Source: Octopus sinensis (taxonomy: Eukaryota). From it: a stretch of 64,000 nt of DNA. The DNA is taken from assembly GCF_006345805.1 (NCBI RefSeq), contig NC_042997.1, positions 9,424,001-9,488,000 of the forward strand, in the 5' to 3' direction. Under the pieces are notes generated by a model. It was not told where the DNA came from. It did no database searches and worked only from the letters and a program-made list of their open reading frames with translations. Position numbers and translations under genes: made by a program. This document shows positions 38,925 to 51,300 of the stretch, piece after piece. Numbering within the stretch: the first letter of the stretch is position 1; each line of letters begins with the position of its first letter.

Positions 38925-41890
38925 CATGACACCCTTTGCAGACTACTTCATAAACAAATGACAGAGATCTTCTCTTTGTGGACATGCTGGATAACATTTG
39001 GGTGCTTCCATGATGGGCATGATGGCAACAGATTTGGCTTCTGTAATGAGAAGGGGACCAAGCTGCTGGAGTTCTGTGATGCAAATGGCCTTATCAGCAA
39101 TACTAACTTCTGGAAACTTGCCAGTCACCTGTTCGTCCATCAATTTTGAGGGTACACTAATTAGACTGACTACATTTTCACCACAAAATGGGAAAGATGG
39201 CTGGTTATAAATGCCAAAACTTTTCCAGGTGAAGAATGCACCCTGCAACTTCAGAATCAGGGTTAAAAGGCTGCCTAAAAGACAACAGGTGTGAAAAAGA
39301 AAGATCTGGAAGCTTAAGGATCCTCTGAATGGTCAGAGATTTAGAGACATATTACTTGAAGCACTTGTCAAAAAAGAGGAGGATACTGCAACATAACTGG
39401 AGGCTCCTACAGGACAACCTGCTGAGGACCACTGACCAAATTTGTGGCTGGTGAAAAGTCCCCTCTTGACCTAAGGTGATATGGTAGTGGAACAGTGTAG
39501 TTGACAGGGCCAGTAGAGAAAAGAACAGAACTGAAAGTGTGATGGTAGCAGATAACTGTATCAGATAACCAGAAGGAAAGCTAGGAGACAAGTATATTTA
39601 TCCTGGAGAGAAACAGAAAAGGGGAAGTTTGCACAAGGTTCTGTCGTGTGAGGACCAGAGATTTGAAATGTCTCAAATTTCAAGACAGTGTATGAGAGAA
39701 AATCATGATGTCATAGGAGAGAAATGTGTCTGCATGGATGATGGTTCACTTGCATTTAATGATTCAGCAAAGAAAGGGGCTTGGAAATGCCATTAGGAAA
39801 GGTTGCTAAACATGGAGAATGAATGGGAGGAAGAGAGTCTGCCAAATGTTGACCCAACTGAGGGACCAGCTATCCAAATCAACTGTTGCTTGGTAGGATA
39901 TGAAAACAGGCAAATGCCTGGCCCATCAGGAATCACTGAGATGTTTAAAATATCTGGTGGAGTAGGATATGGTCTGGTCACCCACATAGTTAATCAGGTT
40001 GTCCATGAGGGAGTCATACCCAACGATTGGTGTAGCAGCGTTATAGCCAACTGTTACAAAGGCAAATGTGAAACCTTAGACAGAAAAAATTACAGAGGCA
40101 TCAGATTGCTAAACCAAGTGAAAGTTACTGAAAGGATCATAGCTCAATTAGTTAAGAAGAGAGTGTAGATGAAATGCAGTTTGGATTTGCGCCAGGCAGG
40201 AACTTGACTGATGCTATATTCCTGGTTAGGAAACTTCAGAAGTATTTAGCCAAAAATAAACCCCTGTACCTGGCTTTTGTCGGCATGAAGAAAACCTTTG
40301 ACAGTGTCCCATACTCCCTTATCTGAAGGTCAGTGTGAAAGCTAGGCATAGATAAGTGGTTAGTGAGAGTGGTACAAGTCATGTACAGAGATGCTGCCAG
40401 TAAGATGAAGGTTGGCAACAAGTATAGTGAGGAATTCAGAAGTTCACCAAGGCGCAGTTCTCATCCCCATCTCGTTTATCTTAGTCTTCCAGGTCTTAAT
40501 AGAGGAACTGAAGACCAGCTGCCCCTGGGAGATCCTCTATGCTGATGACCTTGTCCTCATAGCTGAATCCCTACCTGATCTAGAGAAGAAATTTCGAGTG
40601 TGGAAACAATGCCTGGAATAGTAAGTGGGAAAACAGATAAATCATAAACCCCTTCTGGGAGATGGCCCTGCTCAGTATGTAAGAAGTGTGTTGGTAGAGA
40701 CCCCATATGTTGTACCGAGTGCTAGCTTTAAACGTGTAAGAGGTGTAGCGATATCACAGGAGGTTTAGCAGAGAATATAGTCTTTGTGTGTGGCAAATAT
40801 GCAGGTACAAAATGCACTAAAAATGCAGACAATAGACTCCCTCAAATGCTTGGGGGATCATTAGAAGTAGTAGACAGCTCATGTTACCTCAGAGACCAAG
40901 TTAGCAGTGGAGGAGAGAAAGTTCTGAAAGTGTAGTTGCTAGAATAAGAACGGACTGAACAAAGCTCAGAGAGCTGTTACCCATGTTGGTAACTAAGGGC
41001 CTTTTCCTCAGAGTGAAAAGCAAATTCTACGATACCTGTGTTCAATACAGCTATATTACATGGCAGTGAAACATGGGCTTTGCCTACAGAGGACTTGCAA
41101 GGCTGGAAAAGAATGAAGTTATTAGCATGCTCTGCTGGATGGATAATGTTAGTGTGCATGCACGACAGAGTGTAAATGAATTAAGAGGCAAAATAGGTAT
41201 AAGGAACAGATGTTGTGTGCAAGATAGAAGACTGCATTGATTTAGTCATGTGATGCTTATGGATGAGAACAGCTGCATAAAGAAGTGCTGAACTCTAATT
41301 ATGGATGGTACCTGTGGAAGAAGTAGACCCAGGAAGACATGGGACAAAGTGGTGTGAAAAGGATCTTCGGATGCTGGGCCTCCCTGAGGAAATGACAAGG
41401 GACCAGGAGATGTGGCGATCGAAATCGAACCAAATTCGACTGGCACCCATGCCAACTTTCCTTCATTGGACACTAAACTTTGCTTGCATAGACCTGTTGG
41501 GGCAAGTGAAATTGAAATTGAACCAAATTCGATGACTGGCACCTGTGCCAGTGGAGCGCTAACAGCTCCATCTGAGCGGGAGCACTGCCAGAGCAGCTGT
41601 CTGACTTCCGTGCCGGTGGTACGTAAAAAGCACCATTTGAGCGTGATCGTTACCTGTACCATTTGAGTGTGGCTGTTGCCAGTACCACCAGATTGGCCCT
41701 CATGCCAGTGGAATGTAAAAGCACCCACTACACTCTTGGAGTGGTTGGCGTTAGGAAGGGCATTCAGCTGTAGAAACTCTGCCAGATCAGATTGGAGCCT
41801 GGTGCAGCTATCTGGTTCACCAGACCTCAGTCAACTCGTCCAACCCATGCTAGCATGGAATGCAGACGTTAAATGATGATGTGATGATGA
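38925..41890 (+). mobile_element. Long decayed RTE LINE (end of endonuclease, RT, 3'UTR)
   Basis: Remnants of LLEFCDANGL, PGPSGI, IPNDW, NYRGIRLL, HQGAVL and ILYADDL; tail at 41875-41890. Confidence 0.92.
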
Positions 41891-42450
41891 TAAGATGCAT
41901 GAAGCTAAGGAAAATCAGTTTTCCACTTCCACACAAACAGGCTTTCCTTTCAGATATTGGTCCGATATAAAAAGCACCCATGTCAGTGCTGCATTAGCCC
42001 ACACATGCTAGTGCTGCAAAAATGAACCATGCCAGTGCTGCATAAATGCACCCATGCCAGCAGCACATGAAAAGGACCCAGCACACTTTGGAACTGGTTG
42101 ACATTGGGAAGGGCATCCAGTCATAGAAACCATTCCACAACAGACAAGTGGAGTTTGGACAATTCCCAGCTAGCCAGCTCCCTGTCAAACCGTTCAACTC
42201 ATACCAGCATGGAAGGCAAACGTTAAGCAATGATGATGATGATGATGACTATGTTTCAAAGTCCCTGATGAAATTGTGCATATGATTTAAATAGGTATAT
42301 TGGTGCATCTTTTATGCATGTTTCATTAATGAAATTAAAGATAGTGTTCCAGTTTTATCTTATAATTACAAATCTTTCATGGATTTGTATCAGTTTCTTG
42401 CAGGTAGTTTGGAATAATAAAGTTCCAGAATCCATATTCAGTGTTTCCAG

Positions 42451-42604
42451 ACCTTCACAGTAGACTCATTTTCAAGAAATGAAATAAATTTGGCATCTGC
42501 AGAACTTCTAGCAGAAGAGTCAACAAAATTTTGACCAGTATCTAAATAAGAAGCACCACAGATGCCAAATTTATTTCAATTCTTGAAAATGAAAGTGTGA
42601 AGGT
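42451..42604. repeat. Inverted repeat (~45-bp arms), MITE- or hairpin-like
   Basis: tcattttcaagaaatgaaataaatttggcatctg pairs with cagatgccaaatttatttcaattcttgaaaatga; outer accttcaca pairs with tgtgaaggt. Confidence 0.8.
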
Positions 42605-42812
42605 TAGAAATTTTATTGTTCCAATGGCAAGAAACTGATGCAAAAGTAGGAAAAATCTGTAATAAAAATGAAACCAGAATGCAGTTGTGTCTTTAAAGAA
42701 ACACAAACACACACACACATATATATATATACATACATATATATACACACACACACATATATATATATATACAAATGTACATAGACATACACACACACAC
42801 ACATATACATAC

Positions 42813-42845
<33 letters not shown>

Positions 42846-43229
42846 TGTATGTATACACTCACATATATGTAAGTGCTGTGTGTGGGGTGAAGATAACTTT
42901 TTTATGGTGAGAGCACTTCAAGTGGTACAAAAGCCAGCCCTTGCTGCAATGACTGAACTGATTATTTGGCTAAATATATTTCTTGCCATGAGGACAATCA
43001 TCATCACCGTCATCAGCAGCAGCATTTAATGTCCATTTCCCCTGCTGGCATGGGTTGGATTGCTTGACAGGAACAGGCATGTCAGAAGACTGTATGTAGC
43101 TCTGTCGTCTGTTTCGGCATTGTCTTTGTAAATATAATTTGCAGAACTATACACGAGATGTCCGCATGAGGTTGAACATACAGGTCATCCCTCTTATATG
43201 TATATATTTATATATATTCTTTTATTATT

Positions 43230-43582
43230 TTATTTTTTTCAGTCATTTGACAGCAGCCACTCCTGAACACCACCTTAAGGGGCTTTAGTCAAATAAATTG
43301 ACCCCCAGGAGTTAATCTTTGTAAACTTTGTACTTATTTTATCAGCGTCTTTGCTAAAACACTAAGTTACAGGGTCGTAACACACCAACATCAGATATCA
43401 ATCGATGATGGAGGTCAGACAGACACAAACACGCAAATATATACATACAGGCATATATATATGATGGGATTCTTTCAGTTTCCTTCTACCAAAACCACTC
43501 ACAAGACATTGGTTGGTCCAGGGCTATAGAAGACATTAGCTCAAGATGCCACACAGTGGAACCATTTGGTTGGGAAGCAAGC
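43230..43582 (-). mobile_element. SINE family A, degenerate
   Basis: Similar to the reverse complement of 1661-2063. Confidence 0.7.
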
Positions 43583-43809
43583 CATGATATATATATATAT
43601 ATATATATATCGTTTTTGAGAGGTCATGGGCCAATAAGTTTTTGAGATACTGACAATACACCATAAACCTAAACCCTTTATGGATGGGAAACCTAAGGTA
43701 AGCCCATAATCCAGCCTTCCCCATTTTCAATATATCAGGTCATCTCATAAGTTCTCTCCGAATTCTGAATAAAGAAAACAAGTGATTAAATGTTATATTT
43801 AATTGAAAT

Positions 43810-44694
43810 TTAATTATCAATGTACTTTTCTTGATCATCCATGACTTCCTTCCATCTATTTACAAGCTTTTTAATCCCATCAATGTAAAACTCTTTTGGT
43901 TTCAAAACGAAGAACTCTGAAATGTCAGTTTCAACCTCCTCCTGGCTTGCGAAAGTTATGTCCCCCAAATGATTCTGTAAACTACGAAACAAAAGGTAGT
44001 CTGAAGTAGCAAGGTCAGGAGAATAAGGTGGATGAGGAATTTTTACCCAGCCAAGCTTTTTGATCTTCTGTGATGTGATCTTTGCAGTGTGGGTTTGCAC
44101 ATTGTCCTGATGAAAGATCACTCCTTTTTGATTCACTAAAGTGGGTCTTTTTTTCTTCAAAGCTTGGTTCAAACACTCTAATTGCTGACAGTAGACTTGA
44201 GCATTGATTGTTGCATTAGGTGGTAACAATTCAAATTGAATTATTCCTTTGCAATCCCACCAGACAGAGAGAACCTTTTTCCCATGAAGTTCCCTTCTTG
44301 GTTGTGGTTAAGTTTTTTCCCTTTTACCAAGCCACTGTTTATGGCATTTAACATTTCGATAGAAGATCCATTTTTCATTACCAGTCACAAGTCTATCCAA
44401 AAAGGGTGAAATGAGTTTAGAAGAATGGGGAGAAGAGCAGATGTCAACTCGGGATTTGCAGTTGCTTTCAGACAATTCATGAGGCACCCATTTTCCAAGT
44501 TTAGGAATCTTTCCAAGTTGTTGAAGATGAGGATGAACTGTTGTATGGTTTGAACTAAGCTTTATTGCTAATTCTTCAATTGATAATGCAGGATTTTCTT
44601 CAAGTAATGCCTCAAAGAGTGTTATAAAACTCAACTGGACATCCTGTTCAATCTTCATCTTTAAGGCTGAAATGTCCACTTCTGAATTTTGCAA
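43810..44694 (-). pseudogene. Mariner DD34D transposase (frameshifted)
   Basis: WVPHEL, LVTGNEKW (catalytic D to N), IFHQDN and HPPYSPDLATSDY. Confidence 0.92.
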
Positions 44695-44952
44695 ACCATC
44701 TTCTGGAAGTTCTTTTATTCAAGTATTCTTTCACATAAACTGAGTGTATGTTTCGAGTCGCTTTAGCTGCAGAGTTTCTTTATTTTTACTCATAAAGCAT
44801 TATGTACCTCAAATGTTCTTTGGATATTTCCATGTTAGAAAGGGTTTTACTCAAAGAAATTTTAATTCTATTATTCTGTAAAATAATATTTAATTAGTTT
44901 AATTAAATATTAAAACTAATATTTAATTAGTTTAATTAGTTTAATTAGTTTA

Positions 44953-46618
44953 GAATTCAAAGTAGAGGTTGGGGTCCACCAGGGTTCAGTACTCAGCCCC
45001 CTCCTATTTATCATAGTCCTCCAGGCAATTACGGAGGAATTCAAGACAGGTTACCCCTGGGAGCTCCTATATGCTGACGACCTTGCTATAATTGCTGAGT
45101 CACTATCAGAACTGGAGGAGAAGTTCCAGGTGTGGAAGGAGGGTCTAGAATCGAGGGGCCTTAGAGTCAACCTAGCTAAAACCAAAGTACTAATAAGTAG
45201 GAAGGTAGAAAATCTACAAATGTCTTCAGGAAGATGGCCCTGCTCAATCTGTAGAAAAGGTGTAGGTAGAAACTCTATAAGATGTACCCAGTGTAAGCTA
45301 TGGACACATAAGAGGTGCAGCAATGTCAAAGGAAGGCTAACTGGGAAGATAGTTTTTGTATGTGGCAGATGCTCGGGAGCATTAACCTCTGAAAATCTGC
45401 AGAAAACAACTTCCATCACTTTCCAGGGGGGAAAACTAGAAGTAGTTGATAGCTTCCGTTATCTTGGTGACCAAGTCAGTAGTGGGGGTGGGGGTGGTGA
45501 AAGTGTAACGGCTAGAGTAAGAATAGCCTGGGCAAAGTTTAGGGAGCTCTTACCTCTGCTGGTGACTAAAGGCCTCTCGCTCAGAGTAAAAGGCAGACTG
45601 TATGATGCATGTGTACGAACAGCCATGCTACATGGCAGTGAAACATGGGCTGTGACTGCTGAGGACATGCGTAAGCTCGCGAGAAATGAAGCCAGTATGC
45701 TCCGATGGATGTGTAATGTCAGTGTGCATGCTCGACAGTGCGTTAGTACCCTGAGAGAAATGTTGGACTTAAGGAGCATCAGTTGTGGTGTGCAAGAGAG
45801 ATGATTGCGCTGGTATGGTCATGTGGCGAGAATGGATGAAGATAGGTGTGTGAAAAAGTGCCAATCCCTAGCAGTGGAGGGAACCCATGGAAGAGGTAGA
45901 CCCAAGAAAACTTGGGCTGAGGTGGTGAAGCACGACCTTCGAACTTTAGGTCACACTGAGGAAATGACCTGCGACCGAGACCTTTGGAAATATGCTGTGC
46001 GTGAAAAGACCAGGCAGGACAAGTGAGTCCAGCCCACTTATGCATGCCTTTCCTCCCTTGGACACACAAAGACCTGTTGAGGCAAGCGAAGTCGATATCG
46101 AACCTCATCCGACGACAGGCACCTACGCTTGCGAAGACCTGTTGGGGCAAGTGAAATCGAAATCGAAATCAGAATCGAAATTGAACCAATCTTATGACTG
46201 GCACCTGGCAGATGCCAGGACCCCTGGACTGGAGATACGTAAAAAGCACTATCCGAATCATGGCTGATGCCAGCGCCGCCTCGACTGGCTTCCGTGTCGG
46301 TGGCACGTAAAAAGCACCATCTGAATTGTGGCTGAAGCCAGTGCCGCCTTGACTGGCTTCCGTGCCGGTGGCACGTAAAATGCACCAATTCAACCGTGGC
46401 CGATGCCAGCCTCGCCTGGCTCCAGTGCAGGTGGCACATAAAAAGCACCCACTACACTCACGGAGCGGTTGGCGTTAGGAAGGGCATCCAGCTGTAGAAA
46501 CATTGCCAGATAAGACCGGAGCCTGGTGCAGCCTTCTGGCTTCCCAGATCCCCGGTCAAACCGTCCAACCCATGCTAGCATGGAGAACGGACGTTAAACG
46601 ATGATGATGATGATGATG
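44953..46618 (+). mobile_element. Relatively young 5'-truncated RTE LINE nested in the mariner
   Basis: Frame GVHQGSVLSPLLF...ELLYADDL...FRYLG...HGSETW runs to 46026 with one in-frame stop at 45802-45804; 3'UTR array; (GAT)n tail. Confidence 0.95.
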
Positions 46619-46756
46619 AAATGTACACAAATGCATAAAAATAATTTTTAATTCCATTAGATATTCTAAAACACTATTAAATTTCATTCAATTTTGAAAA
46701 AGGTAAAATCGGACAGAACATTTGGGATGACCTGATATATGTGTGTGTGTATATAT

Positions 46757-47056
46757 GGAGGTGCAATGGCCCAGTGGTTAGGGCAGCAGACTCGCAGTCG
46801 TAGGATCACAGTTTTGATTCCCAGACCGGGCGTTGTGAGTGTTTATTGAGCAAAAACACCTAAGCCTTCATGAGGCCCTGACAGGGGCTGGTGGTGATCC
46901 CTGCTGTACTCTTTCACCACAACTTTCTCTCACTCTTTCTTCTGTAGGCCTGCTCATTTAGCCAGTGGGGTGGCGTCATTTGAAGGCTAAAACAATGCGA
47001 AGCACATTGTGACCAGCGATGTGTAGCCACATCTGATAGCCTGGTTGATCACGTGT
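46757..47056 (+). mobile_element. tRNA SINE family C, alternative tail
   Basis: Head matches 9120; tail matches 55222-55350. Confidence 0.85.
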
Positions 47057-48098
47057 TATATATATATATCCAAGTAATTACAACAGGCAATCGTGTAGTT
47101 TCTGTCTCCCAAATTTCACCCCACTACTGAGTCATCTTGAGGCCATAGTAGAAGACTCTTGCCTAAGGCACCACACAGTGAGATCAAAGCTAGAATCATA
47201 TGATTGCACAGCAAACATTTTAACCACATGGTTTAAACTTCATACGGAGTTTTCTGCATTTCTGTGACAGTTACATTCAGTTGTTTTGTTTCATGAAATG
47301 CTGTGATGTTGATGCTAGGACCAACTTCAATTAATGCTAAACTAATTTCTTTTATTTTCTTTATTTCTGTATTTATGTATAGTTGTTTTGGCTTTTATAT
47401 TGTTTTCTGACATGGGGATGTAGTTGAGTTTGGAATGCGAAAGATGAAACAAATTGCTGTCTTGATATATTATGAAATTTAGCTTCATGTACAGCACAAA
47501 ATTACCAATAAGAATTTCAAGTAAAGTAAATCAAATTTTTATGATCCAGAAACTAATTTAAAATTTTAAATGCAATGTAAATTTTAATTTTTTTTGCATC
47601 TTGTTTAGGATTATATATGAAAGGGGGGAAACTGTGAAAGAAGAAATGATTTTTTTATCACACAGAGAGAAATAAACATAAAGAATGATGAGACAGAAAA
47701 TGAAAACCAATGGAAAAAAAAGAGGTGGTGGGCATGATGAAGAGAAGAATAAGAGTAGGATAGAAGAAAACGAGGTTCAGATTGAGAAGGGGAGTGAGAA
47801 ATAGAAATAAAGAAAGGAAGGAAGTGATGAGAAATCTGATATTGTATAAGATTTCTTCAGTATACTTACAAGTTGATATCTTCTGACATTTTTTTTTTCT
47901 TTGCCAGCCATTAAATAATATTTATGGAAAATTGTTCTTTTTTTCTGATAAATGTTATGTAAAAGAAAGCGAAAATACATTTTATTCTCTCTGCCACTCA
48001 CACATTTAGCATTTATTTATATGTGTCTAGTTTTCTATTTCTTTATCAGTTTACATTTCCATATAATGCATGTTATTAACTCAAATTCATTTGATTCT

Positions 48099-48214
48099 TT
48101 ATTATTATTATTATTATTATATTATTATTATTATTATTATTATTATTGTTATTATTATTGCTGCTGTTGTTGTTGCTGTTATTGTTTTTGTTATTGTTGT
48201 TGTTGTTACCACTA

Positions 48215-48264
<50 letters not shown>

Positions 48265-48375
48265 GTTTTGTTGTTGTTGTTATCATCATCAACATCATTA
48301 CTATTGTTGTTGTTGTTGTTGTTGCTACTGTTGTTATTTTTCATGTTGTTGTTTTTTTTTATTATTTTTATTAGT
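48099..48375. repeat. Compound (TAT/TGT)n trinucleotide microsatellite
   Basis: Direct reading. Confidence 0.95.
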
Positions 48376-51300
48376 ATTTTCATTTTGTTTCCTTCCTCTT
48401 CGACAAGACGTAAATAATACCTTTCACTAGCTCTTGATGCAATGCAAGCATCTGAAGAAACTGATAACACGACAAAGTGATAATGCATTTCTCGGAGCCA
48501 AACATCACCTGCTATCTTTTTTCCGTTAAGTCGCAAAAGCTATATTTCATTGAAAAATCAGCAACACACACACACACTCACAAACATACATGCACATACA
48601 CACACACACACTCACAAACATACATGCACATACACACACACCCACACACACATACCATACATACCCTCACATACCCTCACGAACACATACATACACAAAC
48701 ACACGGGCGCACGGTTTCATGCGTAGTTAAACAGCAATAGAAGACAGTTGTGATAAAAGTACAGTTTCAAAGCATATCTTAGTTTTTTATCAGGGAAATA
48801 TTTACTTCAGAAAGTGGCGGAGAGGACAGAAAAGAAGAAAAGAGATTCTTGTTTGAATGGTAAGAAACTATTTCAGTGTTGGTCAGAGTATCTCAACTTT
48901 TTACGATATAATCTTGATGATTTCAAATAGCATCCTAATCGATAAATAAATATCTCTTCCTCAACAATCAGATAAGATCACCAAACTGGAAAAGATGTGA
49001 TGCAGAAAGAATAGATTTTCTCTCTTTCCTTCTTTTCTTTCATCATAGTATATTTTTTTTCTAACTGACTTAGCAGAATATTAGGGCAGAAGATATCAGC
49101 AGTCACAGATCTAGTAAAGAATGTATAAACAATTTTTATAACTTGAGCCAGTAGGTTATATAGAATAAATGATTTTTTTCTTCTTTTTTTTTTCCTTATT
49201 TTATTAAATTCTTTTTTATATTCCTTATGAGCCAAGTAAAAGAACCAGAAAATGGTAAAAGGAAAAAACCAATAGCCATGAAGATATTAAAAACATATTT
49301 GCTTATTTGCTCAAAGAATTTTCATTGAAGGTGTTTTAGTAAATAAATAAATAAATAAATAAATATGAATACACACACACACACACACACATATATATAC
49401 ATGCATACATGCATGCATATATGCAAATATATATGTATATGCATCTATATATATATATGCATCTATATATATACATCTATATATATATATGCATCTATAT
49501 ATATACATGCATCTATATATACATACATACATGTGTGTGTGTATGCAAGAGTGTGTACACAAGTATGTATGAACGTATGAACATATATATATATATATAT
49601 ATATATTCCCATACATTCATTCATACATACATAATACATACACGTGTGTGTGTGTGTTACACAAATTTAAATAAAGAGAATATTTAACACTAAATATTGA
49701 TTTACTGGGAAAGAAGAAATAATGGAAATAAATCAACCCTGACTCAATAGATGAAAGATCAAGAAGCATAAGAGAAATACTTCATCTCAGACTGTTGAGA
49801 CATAAAAATAAAAATAATAATAAAGCTAAAATATTGCTACACTTTCAAATAAAACACAACAAAAAAAAAATAACAGACAATATGGAGTACATTTCTTTTT
49901 AAAACAAATAATTTTATATAGATCAAGTCAATTTATTTAAAACTAATTGTATAATAGATACTTTAATATATTTTTATATTATTTCTCTTTCAAAAATATA
50001 TATTAATTTCGTTTTAAGACTTCAGTCTCACTGGCACCCAACTTCAATGTGATTTGATATAAAAGCTTAAGCATTAAAAATAATGTGTTTAAATGTTGAA
50101 ATACATAGATAAAAATTAATAAACTCTTTTTTTATCATTTGCACCAATCAGCATAAATTGGCAGTATATGATCTAATGAGGAACCTTTGGAAATAGTAGG
50201 CAATTCTCCTTACATGCTTCTTATTAAAGAAAGAAGTTTAGATTATGTAGTCCTAGATAAGCTATGCTTGTTAAAATAAGTATGATGGTATTGTGATGGC
50301 TTAAAACCATTTGATCATTAATCCGAATAGGTCTGCTGCCTTGTGCCAAACAATAGCAACAGGTAGTATATAAAACACCAAATGAAAACTATATCAATAT
50401 GCACGTCATGATAGCCTTCTACATGGTGTAGAGCAAACAATATAAAGTTGAGTACTAGTAGCTGTGTTTCTCAAGTGCTTTCCTTACAGATCTGTAGCAT
50501 AATGAATAAACTATTGAAGTTGTTTAAAGTGTTCATAGTTTTCATTACACAGCTGAAATTACAAAGCATGTGCATACATGCATGCATATATGCATACAAG
50601 CACACACACACACACATATATATATATAATATATATATCATGTGTGTACAAACATGCATGCATATATACATACATTACATGCATGTATACATACATACAT
50701 TCATACATACATAACATAAATATATACATTATATACATACAAATATGCATGCGTACATATATACATACATTGCATTACATACAAACATGCATGCATCCAT
50801 CCATTCATCCATCCATACATACATACATACATACATACATACAAACAAACAAACATAAATACATACAAACAAAAATACCCTGCTATTGGTGTTGAAATTC
50901 CAGTGAATGAACCTAGGTTAGAAACTGGTTCTTTCTATTTTGGCAAGAGATCTTGAAATAAACTGAATAATGACATACATACAGTGAAAGTGAAAAAGAA
51001 AGCAGGTATTTTGTGAGTTTGTGCTGCTCAAAATAGGTGTAAGGATGGTGTAAATGTTGTAGGAAGTTCAGGATGATAAAAGATTCTGCTGCACCAGTAA
51101 TCTCTGTGTGAAAAGAGTACAGAGCCAAAAGGAGTTACGTTAATGATAATGTAAATGAGTATTATGACTTGAGTTTCTATATGGACATTCACTGCTAGAA
51201 ATAATTGCAAATCTCCCTAACATTATATTCTACCATATAGCCAGGCACCACTTCTTGGAGTGAAGATTGAATGCAAGATGTTGCCTTAACAGCAAAGATG

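Larger units (their letters stand above)
43735..46735 (-). mobile_element. Mariner transposon interrupted by an RTE insertion
   Basis: TA|tcaggtcatctcataagttctctccga and tcggacagaacatttgggatgacctga|TA TIRs; transposase remnants in 43810-44830. Confidence 0.9.

Noticed and set aside
46230-46450. Pistol-ribozyme resemblance (cgtgc...gcacg followed by taaaaa)
   Set aside because: The pseudoknot partner follows the A-rich linker directly; no P2/P3 helices or GU cleavage junction could be placed.
47952-48430. Poly-Tyr/Cys/Ile/Leu ORFs, and the many IYIY, LSIY and RERE ORFs elsewhere
   Set aside because: Translations of microsatellites.
48794-48859. Plus-strand exon-like segment (ttttatcag...gtaaga)
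   Set aside because: Isolated, with no recognisable peptide or partner exons.
50895-50945. gtgaatga...gaaactggtt as a possible further hammerhead variant
   Set aside because: Stem I cannot be formed and the core spacing is wrong.
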